This document shows positions 55,502 to 64,000 of a DNA stretch of 64,000 nucleotides, one piece after another. The notes beneath the pieces were generated by a model. The model was not told the origin of the DNA and made no database searches. It saw only the letters and a program-made list of their open reading frames with translations. Origin of the DNA: Bacillota bacterium (GTDB lineage: Bacteria; Bacillota; Clostridia; Peptostreptococcales; Anaerovoracaceae); assembly GCA_017536365.1 (NCBI GenBank), contig JAFXHN010000057.1:2476-66475 (forward strand), written 5' to 3'. Position numbers and translations under genes: made by a program. How positions within the stretch are numbered: the stretch's first letter is position 1; each line of letters begins with the position of its first letter.

Positions 55502-57427
55502 ATGAAGGGCTATAATGGCGACACAATCAGAAACGTTGCGCTTTTAGGACATGGCGGATGTGGTAAAACAACATTTTTAGAAGCAGCACTTCTTTCAACA
55601 GGAGTTATCAGCAGACTTGGTAAAGTTGAAGACGGAAACACAGTATCCGACTACGACAAAATGGAAATCGAAAAAGGTTATTCCATTTCTGCATCTATCG
55701 TTCCGGTTGAATACAATAAAGTAAAGATCAACTTCGTTGATACACCGGGCTTCTTCGATTTCGTAGGCGAAGTAAATTCAGCAATGGCAGCAGTAGACGC
55801 AGCTATGATTTTAGTAGACGCTTCTGCAGGTATCCAGGTTGGTACAGAAAAAGCTTGGAATTCATGCAAACACTTTGATATGCCGAAAATGTTCGTGCTC
55901 ACAAAGACTGACAAAGAAAACGTTGATGTAGACGCAGTTATCGATGAACTCAAAGCTAAGTTCGGAACATCAGTAGTAACACTTGATGATCAGGATGCTC
56001 TTATCGAAGTAATCGCTGAAACAGACGAAGAACTGATGGAAAAATACTTCGAAGGTGAAGAATTCACTGAAGAAGAATTCAATAAAGGATTAATGAACGG
56101 CTTTGCTTCAGGAAACATCGTTCCTGTTCTCGTATGTTCATCAACAAAAGGCGAAGGAATAAAAGAAGTTCTTGACGCTGCTATCAAATACGTTCCTGCT
56201 GCAGGCGCACATGCTGCATACAAGACAGTAGACGGTAAAGAAGTAGCTGCAGATCCAAACGGCAAACCTGTTGGATTCGTATTCAAGACTATCGCTGACC
56301 CATTCCTCGGAAAGATCAACCTCGTGAAGATCGTAGCAGGTAAATTCACAACAGGTATCGAATTATACAACTCAAGAGCAGAAAAAGCTGAAAAACTCGG
56401 CTCAATGTTCTATTTAAGAGGAAAGACACAGGGCGAATGTCCATCAGCAGTAGCAGGCGACATCGTTGCTGTAGCTAAATTACAGTATGCACAGACAGGC
56501 GATACACTTTGCGAAAAAGCTAACCCTGTTGAACTTCCTGGCGTTGAATTCCCACAGCCTGCACTCTTCATCGCAATCGAACCAAAAGCTAAGGGCGAAG
56601 ATGAAAAAGTTGGTACAGGTATCCACAAGCTCATGGAAGAAGATCCATCATTAAAACTCGAAAGAAACGTTGAAACAAAACAGACATTACTCGGCGGCCA
56701 GGGTGAGATCCAGTTAGGAATAATCACATCTAAACTTAAGGATAAATTCGGCGTAGAAGTACAGAGCATCCCACAGAAGATCGCTTACAGAGAAACAATC
56801 AAAGGAAATTCAGACGTTCAGGGTAAACATAAGAAACAGTCCGGCGGCGCAGGTCAGTACGGTGACGTTCATATCAGATTCAGCCCATCACAGGAAGAAT
56901 TTGAATTCTCAGAAGAACTCTTCGGCGGATCAATTCCTAAGAACTACGTTCCAGCTATCGAAAAAGGTCTCATCGAATCAATGCAGAAGGGCCCTCTCGC
57001 AGGCTGCAAGGTAGTAAACATCAAGGCTGTATTATATGATGGTTCATACCATGATGTAGACTCCAACGAAATGGCATTCAAGATCGCTGCTTCATTAGCA
57101 TTCAAGAAAGGTATCGTAGAAGCGAAACCTTGCCTCCTCGAACCTGTTATGAAAGTAGAAATCAACGTTCCTGATGAATACATGGGAGACGTAATGGGCG
57201 ATATGAACAAGAGAAGAGGCAAGATCCTCGGTATGGAACCACAGGCTGGCGGCGGACAGAAGCTTATGGCTGAAGCTCCACAGGCTGAACTCTTCGACTA
57301 TGCTATCGTGCTTAGATCAATGACACAGGCTAGAGGAAGCTTCGTAATGAACTTTGAAAGATACGAAGAAGTTCCTGCACACCTCGCTGACAAGATCATC
57401 AAAGAATACCAGGCAGAACAGGAATAA
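55502..57427 (+). CDS. EF-G / ribosomal-protection-type translational GTPase paralog with degenerate G motifs
   Basis: 641 aa. G1 is GHGGCGKT. G3 is DTPGFFDF (canonical DTPGH.DF). G4 is TKTD (canonical NK.D). EF-G-like domains II-V are present (EELMEKYFEGEEFTEEEF, QSGGAGQYGDV, HDVDSNEMAFK). Confidence 0.8.
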   Translation: MKGYNGDTIRNVALLGHGGCGKTTFLEAALLSTGVISRLGKVEDGNTVSDYDKMEIEKGYSISASIVPVEYNKVKINFVDTPGFFDFVGEVNSAMAAVDAAMILVDASAGIQVGTEKAWNSCKHFDMPKMFVLTKTDKENVDVDAVIDELKAKFGTSVVTLDDQDALIEVIAETDEELMEKYFEGEEFTEEEFNKGLMNGFASGNIVPVLVCSSTKGEGIKEVLDAAIKYVPAAGAHAAYKTVDGKEVAADPNGKPVGFVFKTIADPFLGKINLVKIVAGKFTTGIELYNSRAEKAEKLGSMFYLRGKTQGECPSAVAGDIVAVAKLQYAQTGDTLCEKANPVELPGVEFPQPALFIAIEPKAKGEDEKVGTGIHKLMEEDPSLKLERNVETKQTLLGGQGEIQLGIITSKLKDKFGVEVQSIPQKIAYRETIKGNSDVQGKHKKQSGGAGQYGDVHIRFSPSQEEFEFSEELFGGSIPKNYVPAIEKGLIESMQKGPLAGCKVVNIKAVLYDGSYHDVDSNEMAFKIAASLAFKKGIVEAKPCLLEPVMKVEINVPDEYMGDVMGDMNKRRGKILGMEPQAGGGQKLMAEAPQAELFDYAIVLRSMTQARGSFVMNFERYEEVPAHLADKIIKEYQAEQE

Positions 57428-57446
57428 TTTCCAAATAAGATATTTA

Positions 57447-57494
57447 AAGGTGTTACAAAAGCCGAAAGGCTTTTGCAGCACCTTTTTCTTTTTG
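57447..57494 (+). terminator. intrinsic terminator with long (about 17 bp) stem
   Basis: AAGGTGTTACAAAAGCC-GAAA-GGCTTTTGCAGCACCTT followed by TTTTTCTTTTT. Confidence 0.8.
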
Positions 57495-57495
57495 C

Positions 57496-57524
57496 TTGAT
57501 ATTTATTTTTCTATAGCATATAAT
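57496..57524 (+). promoter_or_regulatory. sigma-A promoter of ctsR-clpC
   Basis: TTGATA (57496-57501), 17-nt spacer, TATAAT (57519-57524). Confidence 0.6.
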
Positions 57525-57526
57525 AA

Positions 57527-57543
57527 AGTCAAAGAAAGTCAAA
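57527..57543 (+). promoter_or_regulatory. CtsR operator (direct heptad repeat)
   Basis: AGTCAAAGAAAGTCAAA matches the CtsR box A/GGTCAAA-N4-A/GGTCAAA. It lies directly downstream of the -10. Confidence 0.8.
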
Positions 57544-57569
57544 ACTTTTAGCGAAAAGGAGGGAGAAGC

Positions 57570-58028
57570 ATGGCAAAAATGAGTGACCTGATCGAGGTGT
57601 TCATAAAAGAGCTCCTGGATGACAGCGTAGGAGATCCGGTAGAGATCCAAAGAAACGAGCTGGCGGGATACTTTAAATGTGCTCCATCCCAAATAAATTA
57701 CGTTCTTACGACGAGATTTTCTATGGATAAAGGATATTTGATAGAAAGCCATCGCGGCGGCGGAGGGTCTATCAAGATAATAAAGCTCCAGTTATCTCAG
57801 GAGGATTTCTTTGCGAATTTATTAAAGGAAATAGGGGACAGCATCACAAAATTGAAAGCAGACCAGATAACAGATCTGGTACAGGGAAAAGAGCTTATTT
57901 CTGAGCGGGAAGCTAAGCTTATAAAAGCGGCTACAAGCGACAGGTCTATAGCCGGACCGGTGAACATAAAAAATGAAATAAGAGCAGGCATACTGAAAGG
58001 GATGCTTTTATCAGTGTATGAAGGATAG
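57570..58028 (+). CDS. ctsR: class III stress gene repressor CtsR
   Basis: 152 aa. Motifs SQINYVLTTRF and ESHRGGGGSIKI (glycine-rich thermosensor loop). Confidence 0.92.
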   Translation: MAKMSDLIEVFIKELLDDSVGDPVEIQRNELAGYFKCAPSQINYVLTTRFSMDKGYLIESHRGGGGSIKIIKLQLSQEDFFANLLKEIGDSITKLKADQITDLVQGKELISEREAKLIKAATSDRSIAGPVNIKNEIRAGILKGMLLSVYEG

Positions 58029-58048
58029 AGAAAAGGAAGGGGATAAAT

Positions 58049-60487
58049 ATGGAAATATACGGAAAATTTACTGAAGGTGCCAAAAGGGCCATTGAAATAG
58101 CCAAGAATGAAGCGGCATCTATGGGACATAGTCTCATAGGGAGCGAACACCTGTTTTTGGGGATACTCAGACAGGAAAGCCCGCTTTCCGCAGCTTTTGA
58201 AAACGCTGGCATCACACCGGAGATCGTAAAAAACAGAGTTATAGATCTGGTGGGCGACGGAAGCGGAACAGCTACAAAGCTGCTGGGATTCTCTCAGAGG
58301 ACCATGCAGATTTTTGAGATAAGTCATCTTACCTGCAAACAGATGGGAAAAGAGGTAATGGGAATAGAACATCTGATGGTAGGGATCATCAGAGAAGGCA
58401 AAGGTATTGCAGTGAAGATCCTCAACGATATGAATGTGAACCTGGTTCAGCTTGAAAAAGATATCCTTGAGATCAGTAAAAAAACAGACAAAGAAGAAAA
58501 ACAGGCAAAAGAAAACGAGAAGAGCGTTCTCAGAAAATACGGTATAAATCTTACTGAGGAAGCACGCACAGGTAAACTGGACCCTGTTGTGGGCAGAGAA
58601 AAAGAAATAGAAAGAGTGATCCAGATCTTAAGCAGAAGGACCAAGAACAATCCATGCCTTGTGGGAGAACCGGGGGTAGGAAAAACTGCTGTGGCAGAGG
58701 GCCTTGCTCAGAAGATCTGCAGCGGCGATGTGCCGGATAATCTTAGAGGCAAAAAGCTGATTTCTCTGGATATGCCGGGGATACTTGCCGGGGCAAAATT
58801 TCGAGGAGAGTTCGAAGATCGTATGAAACAGGCTTTGAACGAGGCAAAAAAAGATGGGAAAGTCATCCTGTTTATAGATGAAATGCACACCATAATTGGA
58901 GCGGGCGGCGGAGAAGGCTCTATCGATGCGTCTAATATTTTAAAGCCTGCATTGAGCAGAGGAGAGGTACAGGTCATAGGTGCCACTACTTTTACTGAAT
59001 ACAGAAAAAAGGTAGAAAAGGATCCTGCGCTGGAAAGAAGATTCCAGCAGGTCCAGGTGGACGAACCTACTTTGACGGATGCGGTGGCAATACTTTCTGG
59101 ACTTAAAGAAGAGTATGAAAAACATCATAATGTAAAGATAACAGACAAGGCTATATTCTCAGCGGTAAGTTTGTCCTCAAGATATATACCGGACAGATTC
59201 CTGCCGGATAAAGCAGTAGACCTTATGGACGAAGCGGCAGCCAGGATAAAACTGAAGACATACATCAAACCGGATGGTGTCATAGAGCTGGAAGACGAGC
59301 TGACTGAGGTTCTGGCAGCAAAGGAAGAAGCTATACAGAAACAGGATTTTGAAGTGGCCGCTACATTAAGAGACAGAGAACAGCTTTTAAATGCCAAAGT
59401 GCAGGCTGCAGAAGCTGAGATGAAAGAAATGTATGCAGATAAAGCTGTGGTCACGGAGGAAGACATCGCATCCATAATTTCGGGCTGGACAGGGATCCCG
59501 GTGGAAAAGCTGAACCAAAGTGAAACAGAGAAACTTTTGAATATAGAAGAAACATTGAAAGCAAGGATAATAGGTCAGGAAGAGCCTATAATTGCAATAT
59601 CAAGAGCAGTAAGAAGAGCCAGAGTGGGATTAAAGGATCCTAAAAGACCGGTGGGCTCATTCCTGTTCCTCGGACCTACGGGAGTAGGAAAAACAGAACT
59701 GTGCAAAGCATTGGCGGAAGCTCTCTTCGGAGATGAAAATGCCATCATCCGTCTCGATATGTCAGAATACATGGAGAAACATTCAGTGTCAAAAATCATA
59801 GGATCTCCTCCGGGATACGTAGGATATGAAGAGGGAGGACAACTCTGCGAAAGGATAAGAAGAAAGCCTTATTCAATAGTCCTTCTTGACGAGATAGAAA
59901 AGGCTCATCCTGATGTTTTCAATATCCTGCTTCAGATGCTGGAAGACGGCAAGCTTTCGGATTCAAAAGGCAAAATAGCGGATTTTAAAAATGCGGTTAT
60001 CATAATGACTTCAAACGTAGGAGCGCATTCTATAAAGAAACAGAAATCTATGGGATTCTCTGCAGGAAACGATCTGGACGAGAAGATGAACGCTTACGAA
60101 AAGATGAAGGACAATATAATGGAACAGCTGAACAAGACCTTCAGACCTGAATTTTTAAACAGACTTGATGAAGTGATAGTTTTCCATAGTCTTGATAAGC
60201 CGGAGATCAGAAAGATCATCGATCTCATGGTGGAAGACCTTAAGAAAAGAGCCGGCAAGCTTAAAATGAGCCTTGAGATAACAGAAGAAGCAAAAGATCT
60301 GATATTCAGAGAAGGATTTGACGAAAAATATGGTGCAAGACCTTTGAGAAGGACCATTACAAGACTCATAGAAGACAAGTTTGCGGAAGCTATCCTTAAA
60401 GGAACTCTTGCGGTAGGAGATAATGCCATAGTAGATGTTAAAGACGACAAGATAGTCTTTGTAAAAGGAGAGGGAAATAATGGCTAA
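58049..60487 (+). CDS. clpC: ATP-dependent Clp protease ATP-binding subunit ClpC
   Basis: 812 aa. Clp_N repeats, two Walker A sites (GEPGVGKT, GPTGVGKT), and a UVR-like FEVAATLRDRE motif. Confidence 0.93.
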   Translation: MEIYGKFTEGAKRAIEIAKNEAASMGHSLIGSEHLFLGILRQESPLSAAFENAGITPEIVKNRVIDLVGDGSGTATKLLGFSQRTMQIFEISHLTCKQMGKEVMGIEHLMVGIIREGKGIAVKILNDMNVNLVQLEKDILEISKKTDKEEKQAKENEKSVLRKYGINLTEEARTGKLDPVVGREKEIERVIQILSRRTKNNPCLVGEPGVGKTAVAEGLAQKICSGDVPDNLRGKKLISLDMPGILAGAKFRGEFEDRMKQALNEAKKDGKVILFIDEMHTIIGAGGGEGSIDASNILKPALSRGEVQVIGATTFTEYRKKVEKDPALERRFQQVQVDEPTLTDAVAILSGLKEEYEKHHNVKITDKAIFSAVSLSSRYIPDRFLPDKAVDLMDEAAARIKLKTYIKPDGVIELEDELTEVLAAKEEAIQKQDFEVAATLRDREQLLNAKVQAAEAEMKEMYADKAVVTEEDIASIISGWTGIPVEKLNQSETEKLLNIEETLKARIIGQEEPIIAISRAVRRARVGLKDPKRPVGSFLFLGPTGVGKTELCKALAEALFGDENAIIRLDMSEYMEKHSVSKIIGSPPGYVGYEEGGQLCERIRRKPYSIVLLDEIEKAHPDVFNILLQMLEDGKLSDSKGKIADFKNAVIIMTSNVGAHSIKKQKSMGFSAGNDLDEKMNAYEKMKDNIMEQLNKTFRPEFLNRLDEVIVFHSLDKPEIRKIIDLMVEDLKKRAGKLKMSLEITEEAKDLIFREGFDEKYGARPLRRTITRLIEDKFAEAILKGTLAVGDNAIVDVKDDKIVFVKGEGNNG

Positions 60488-61859
60488 AAAGGCTCAGACT
60501 GTTTTCGTTTGCAGTGAATGCGGGTACGAAAGCCCTAAATGGATAGGACAGTGTATCTGCGGTGCCTGGAATTCCTTCTCGGAAGAGAGGATATCGGATA
60601 CATCCGCCTCCGGCGCAATGGCTGCAAAAAACAGGGGCAGAAAGACGGCGAAGCCGGCCTCTATTAAAAATATAACCTCTTCAGAGGAAGAGAGGCTGGA
60701 CACCGGAATAGGTGAACTCAACAGAGTTTTAGGCGGAGGGATCGTAAAAGGATCTCTTACCCTTATTTCCGGTGAACCGGGTATAGGAAAATCTACCATA
60801 ATACTTCAGACAGCAGCGGCTATTGCCAATAAATACGGAAAGGTACTGTATGTCAGCGGAGAGGAATCACAGGAGCAGATAAGGATAAGAGCTGACCGTA
60901 TAGGTGGTCTGGCGGAGGATCTGTTTGTACTTTCAGAGATGGAAGTCGAAGCAATAGTGGACACCATTGCTCAGGAAGAACCGGTTTTCTTTATAATTGA
61001 TTCCATTCAGACGCTGTATTCCAATCAGCTTACATCTGCTGCTGGCAGCGTGTCTCAGGTCAGAGCATGTACTGCCGAGATAATGAGGATAGCAAAGGAA
61101 AAGAATATCCCGGCGTTTATAGTTGCTCATGTTACCAAATCCGGAGAGTTGGCAGGCCCTAAGATAGTCGAACATCTGGTGGATACAGTGCTCAATTTTG
61201 TGGGAGAGAGAAATCATGGCTTCAGGATCCTGCGTTCGTTTAAAAATAGATTTGGGAACACCAGTGAGATCGGAGCCTTCGAGATGAGTCAGGAAGGTTT
61301 GAAGGAGATAAACGATCTTTCTTCCAGCCTTTTGGAGGAATCTTCTCAGGGTGAAGGAGGAGCAGTTACCACTGCGGTGTACGAAGGATCAAGACCGCTG
61401 CTTCTGGAAGTGCAGGCTTTGGTGGTAAATTCCGGACTGGGATTTTCAAGAAGGAGCAGCATCGGCATAGATCAGGGAAGACTGAATATGATAATTGCAG
61501 TCCTGGAAAAGAAAACAGGGCTGAATCTTATGAGCAGCGATGTGTATGTGAATGTGGCGGGAGGAATAAAACCTGAAGGTACAGGGATAGATCTGGCTGC
61601 GGCTATTGCGATTTATTCTGCTGCTGCCGGCAAACCTGTACGCTGCAAGGAGACCTTGATCGTTGGAGAATTGGGTCTTACCGGTGAACTGAGAGGTGTT
61701 CCTCAACCTGAAAGAGTGGCCGGTGAAGCAGTGAGGATGGGCTTTAAAAGGATCATTCTTCCTATGAAGAATAAACAAAAATGGACAAGCAAAGAGGAAA
61801 TAGAGGTTTTGGGCGCGGCAAATATTATGGAAGCGGTCAAAATAGCACTCCAGGATTGA
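60480..61859 (+). CDS. radA: DNA repair protein RadA/Sms
   Basis: 459 aa. Zinc finger CSECGYESPKWIGQCICGAW, Walker A GEPGIGKST, KNRFG motif and a Lon-like C-terminal domain. Confidence 0.93.
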   Translation: MAKKAQTVFVCSECGYESPKWIGQCICGAWNSFSEERISDTSASGAMAAKNRGRKTAKPASIKNITSSEEERLDTGIGELNRVLGGGIVKGSLTLISGEPGIGKSTIILQTAAAIANKYGKVLYVSGEESQEQIRIRADRIGGLAEDLFVLSEMEVEAIVDTIAQEEPVFFIIDSIQTLYSNQLTSAAGSVSQVRACTAEIMRIAKEKNIPAFIVAHVTKSGELAGPKIVEHLVDTVLNFVGERNHGFRILRSFKNRFGNTSEIGAFEMSQEGLKEINDLSSSLLEESSQGEGGAVTTAVYEGSRPLLLEVQALVVNSGLGFSRRSSIGIDQGRLNMIIAVLEKKTGLNLMSSDVYVNVAGGIKPEGTGIDLAAAIAIYSAAAGKPVRCKETLIVGELGLTGELRGVPQPERVAGEAVRMGFKRIILPMKNKQKWTSKEEIEVLGAANIMEAVKIALQD

Positions 61860-61911
61860 CATACGTTCAAATTCTAAGGTATACTGAAAGTTAATAGTGG
61901 AGGTAAACGGT

Positions 61912-62406
61912 ATGTTCGAGGTAGGCGATAAAGTGGTCTATCCTATGCATGGTGCTGGGGTGATCGAAAGGATCGAAAAAAAGAAAATTCTCGATGATGA
62001 ACGGGAATATTATATGATGAAAATACCTTTCGGAGATATGAACGTTATGATCCCTGTTGACAACAGCGAAAATATCGGTATGCGCAGTGTGGTTTCTGAT
62101 GAAGAGATAGATGCGGTCATGGCACAGATGGGACAGGGGATCACGGAAATGCCGGACAACTGGAACAAGCGCTACAGAGAGAACGTTGCAAAACTCAGAA
62201 GCGGAGATATTTTCAATGTGGCGGAAGTTGTAAGGAACCTGATGATATCCGAAAAGTCAAAAGGTCTTTCTACGGGGGAACGAAAGATGCTTTTGAATGC
62301 GAAACAGATCCTTATAAGTGAAATGGTATTGGTTAGAGGAATTGCGATAGAGGAGGCAGAGACACAGATAGAAGATGCTGTGTTTGGCGAGGCAGTAAAA
62401 GTATAG
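61912..62406 (+). CDS. carD: CarD/CdnL-family transcriptional regulator
   Basis: MFEVGDKVVYPMHGAGVIERIE... start preceded by GGAGGT. Confidence 0.85.
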   Translation: MFEVGDKVVYPMHGAGVIERIEKKKILDDEREYYMMKIPFGDMNVMIPVDNSENIGMRSVVSDEEIDAVMAQMGQGITEMPDNWNKRYRENVAKLRSGDIFNVAEVVRNLMISEKSKGLSTGERKMLLNAKQILISEMVLVRGIAIEEAETQIEDAVFGEAVKV

Positions 62407-62407
62407 T

Positions 62408-63535
62408 ATGAAAAATAAATTCTACAGATTTTTAATAACGGTGGTAGGTGCGATATTAGGTTATTGTTTAGGGACTGTTATATATATGCTGGCGGCATCC
62501 ACTTATGAAAGCGGAGCGGAATATCAGGCGTCGGTATTTGAAATAGCAGTGCCGGTTTGCAGTGCATTTTTTGTCGGGGCACTGGCATACCTGTATGCGC
62601 CCAGACTCAGAAAAAACTGGAGCCAAATGGGCAACCGTTTAGAGAAGGATATGGAGAGGATCTCCGTTGTGGAACTCATCGGAGGTATAATAGGTCTCCT
62701 GATAGGTCTTTTGGCGGCATTTCTTCTGAGCGCAGTATTTAAAGAGATACACTATCTGTATCTAGGTATGGCGCTTACTATATTGGCATACATATTATTC
62801 TGTACGTTAGGGGTTTATATTGGAACTAAGCTGGCAAGGATAAGGATAGAGCCTAAGCTGAGTTCGGAAGAGAAAAAGAATCCTTTTATCTCGGGGAAAC
62901 ATGGCAAAGGAAAAGGCGGCAAAGGAAGCAGTGAAGCTTCAGCTAAGATCCTGGATACCAGTGTACTTATAGACGGAAGGATAATAGACATACTTAAAAC
63001 CGGATTTATTGAAGGCAAGATCATAATACCTGAATTTGTGCTTACAGAATTAAGACATCTTTCTGACTCCGCGGATCATATGAAAAAGATCAGAGGCAGA
63101 AGAGGCTTGGAAGTATTAAAAGATATACAGGCATATTACGGTATAGAGATATATAATACTTACAGTGATAAAGACTGGAATGGTGTGGAAGAGGTGGACA
63201 TCAAACTTCTTAGGCTTGCACAGAAAATGAATGGCAAGGTAGTTACAAACGATTTCAACCTTATCCAGGTGGCTGAGATACAGGAGATCCCTGTCCTCAA
63301 TATAAATGATGTGGTGAAGGCATTAAGGCCGGTAATCATACCGGGAGAATCAATGAAGCTCCAGGTGGTCAGAGAAGGAAGAGAGAATAATCAAGGAGTA
63401 GGTTATCTTGATGACGGTACGATGATCGTCGTAGAAGGGGGCCGCTATTTAATCGGTCAGGAAGTAAATGTTGAAGTGACCAGTGTGCTTCAGACTGCTT
63501 CAGGCAGAATGATATTTGCCAAACCCAAAAGATAG
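62408..63535 (+). CDS. yacL: PIN/TRAM domain membrane protein (YacL-like)
   Basis: 375 aa. N-terminal TM helices, PIN region (ILDTSVLIDGRI) and a C-terminal TRAM-like beta domain. Synteny radA...yacL-ispD as in Bacillus. Confidence 0.75.
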   Translation: MKNKFYRFLITVVGAILGYCLGTVIYMLAASTYESGAEYQASVFEIAVPVCSAFFVGALAYLYAPRLRKNWSQMGNRLEKDMERISVVELIGGIIGLLIGLLAAFLLSAVFKEIHYLYLGMALTILAYILFCTLGVYIGTKLARIRIEPKLSSEEKKNPFISGKHGKGKGGKGSSEASAKILDTSVLIDGRIIDILKTGFIEGKIIIPEFVLTELRHLSDSADHMKKIRGRRGLEVLKDIQAYYGIEIYNTYSDKDWNGVEEVDIKLLRLAQKMNGKVVTNDFNLIQVAEIQEIPVLNINDVVKALRPVIIPGESMKLQVVREGRENNQGVGYLDDGTMIVVEGGRYLIGQEVNVEVTSVLQTASGRMIFAKPKR

Positions 63536-63603
63536 AATATGAGCAGACCTTGAGAGGCATAATGGGGGCGGACATTGATCCGCCCGTTTATTTTGGAGGG
63601 ACT

Positions 63604-64000
63604 ATGTTTAACGGGAAAAGAGTCAGTATAGTTATCGCTGCCGCAGGAAGCGGAAAAAGGATGAGGACCGGAGATAAAAATAAAGTGTACATAGAGCTTC
63701 AGGGAAAAACTATACTTGAGAGAGCTTTTGACGTGTTTGAAAGCAATGAAAAAGTGGACAGAATAATAGTTGCCGTGAAAATGGACGAACTGGAGTTTTG
63801 CAGAAAAGAAGTCCTTCCGAAGGAAAAACACGATAAACTAATGGATGTTATCCCGGGAGGATCGGAAAGGTGTCATTCTGTATACAATGCTCTTGAAAGG
63901 CTGGATGAAGAGGATATAGTTCTTATCCACGATGGAGCAAGGCCTTTTGTTGACAACGAGATCATAGATAAATGCATTGAAGCTGTTTATGAACACGGAT
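63604..64000 (+). CDS. ispD: 2-C-methyl-D-erythritol 4-phosphate cytidylyltransferase, N-terminal part (runs off the window)
   Basis: My translation from ATG 63604 is MFNGKRVSIVIAAAGSGKRMRTG...VIPGGSERCHSVYNAL...IHDGARPF. This ORF is not in the supplied track because it has no stop inside the window. Confidence 0.85.
   Translation, partial: MFNGKRVSIVIAAAGSGKRMRTGDKNKVYIELQGKTILERAFDVFESNEKVDRIIVAVKMDELEFCRKEVLPKEKHDKLMDVIPGGSERCHSVYNALERLDEEDIVLIHDGARPFVDNEIIDKCIEAVYEHG

Overview
This window looks like a low-GC Firmicutes (Clostridia-like) chromosome segment. It is almost entirely co-directional housekeeping genes. I had no BLAST, HMM or folding tools, so every call comes from reading the ORF translations and the DNA.

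Gene order:
- serS 3' end, then a T-box-controlled ilvB-ilvN-ilvD-leuA-leuC-leuD-leuB-ilvC cluster.
- A DUF815-type AAA ATPase, cysK, glpK, a DUF1847-like gene and tRNA-Arg(CCU).
- tadA, an Lrp/AsnC regulator, glnS, truA, a dCMP deaminase and a fused TagO/MnaA gene.
- An F1Fo ATP synthase operon (atpZ-I-B-E'-E-F-H-A-G-D-C).
- metG, tatD, a short SpoIIE-like phosphatase, tilS, ftsH and coaX.
- A 1.8 kb AT-rich repeat island, then dusB-greA-lysS.
- A block with atypical codon usage (M3-like peptidase, RluA-family synthase, aldehyde dehydrogenase remnant).
- hcpR-hcp, and a DtxR-feoA-feoB locus in which feoB is frameshifted.
- asnS, an aberrant EF-G paralog, ctsR-clpC-radA-carD-yacL and the ispD 5' end.

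No transposase, integrase, phage, cas or toxin-antitoxin genes were recognised.

Most unusual observations:
1. An ATP synthase c-subunit gene encodes five fused c hairpins, and only one keeps the ion-binding Glu. It sits next to a normal c subunit with a Na+-type signature, in an operon whose epsilon subunit lacks the C-terminal regulatory domain.
2. An orphan PD-(D/E)XK-like gene lies between coaX and dusB. It is flanked by a phased 41-bp array of seven GTGTTAA-N4/5-TTAACAC palindromes and by eight TTCG-N7-CGAA palindromes.
3. An EF-G-like GTPase has its catalytic His replaced by Phe.
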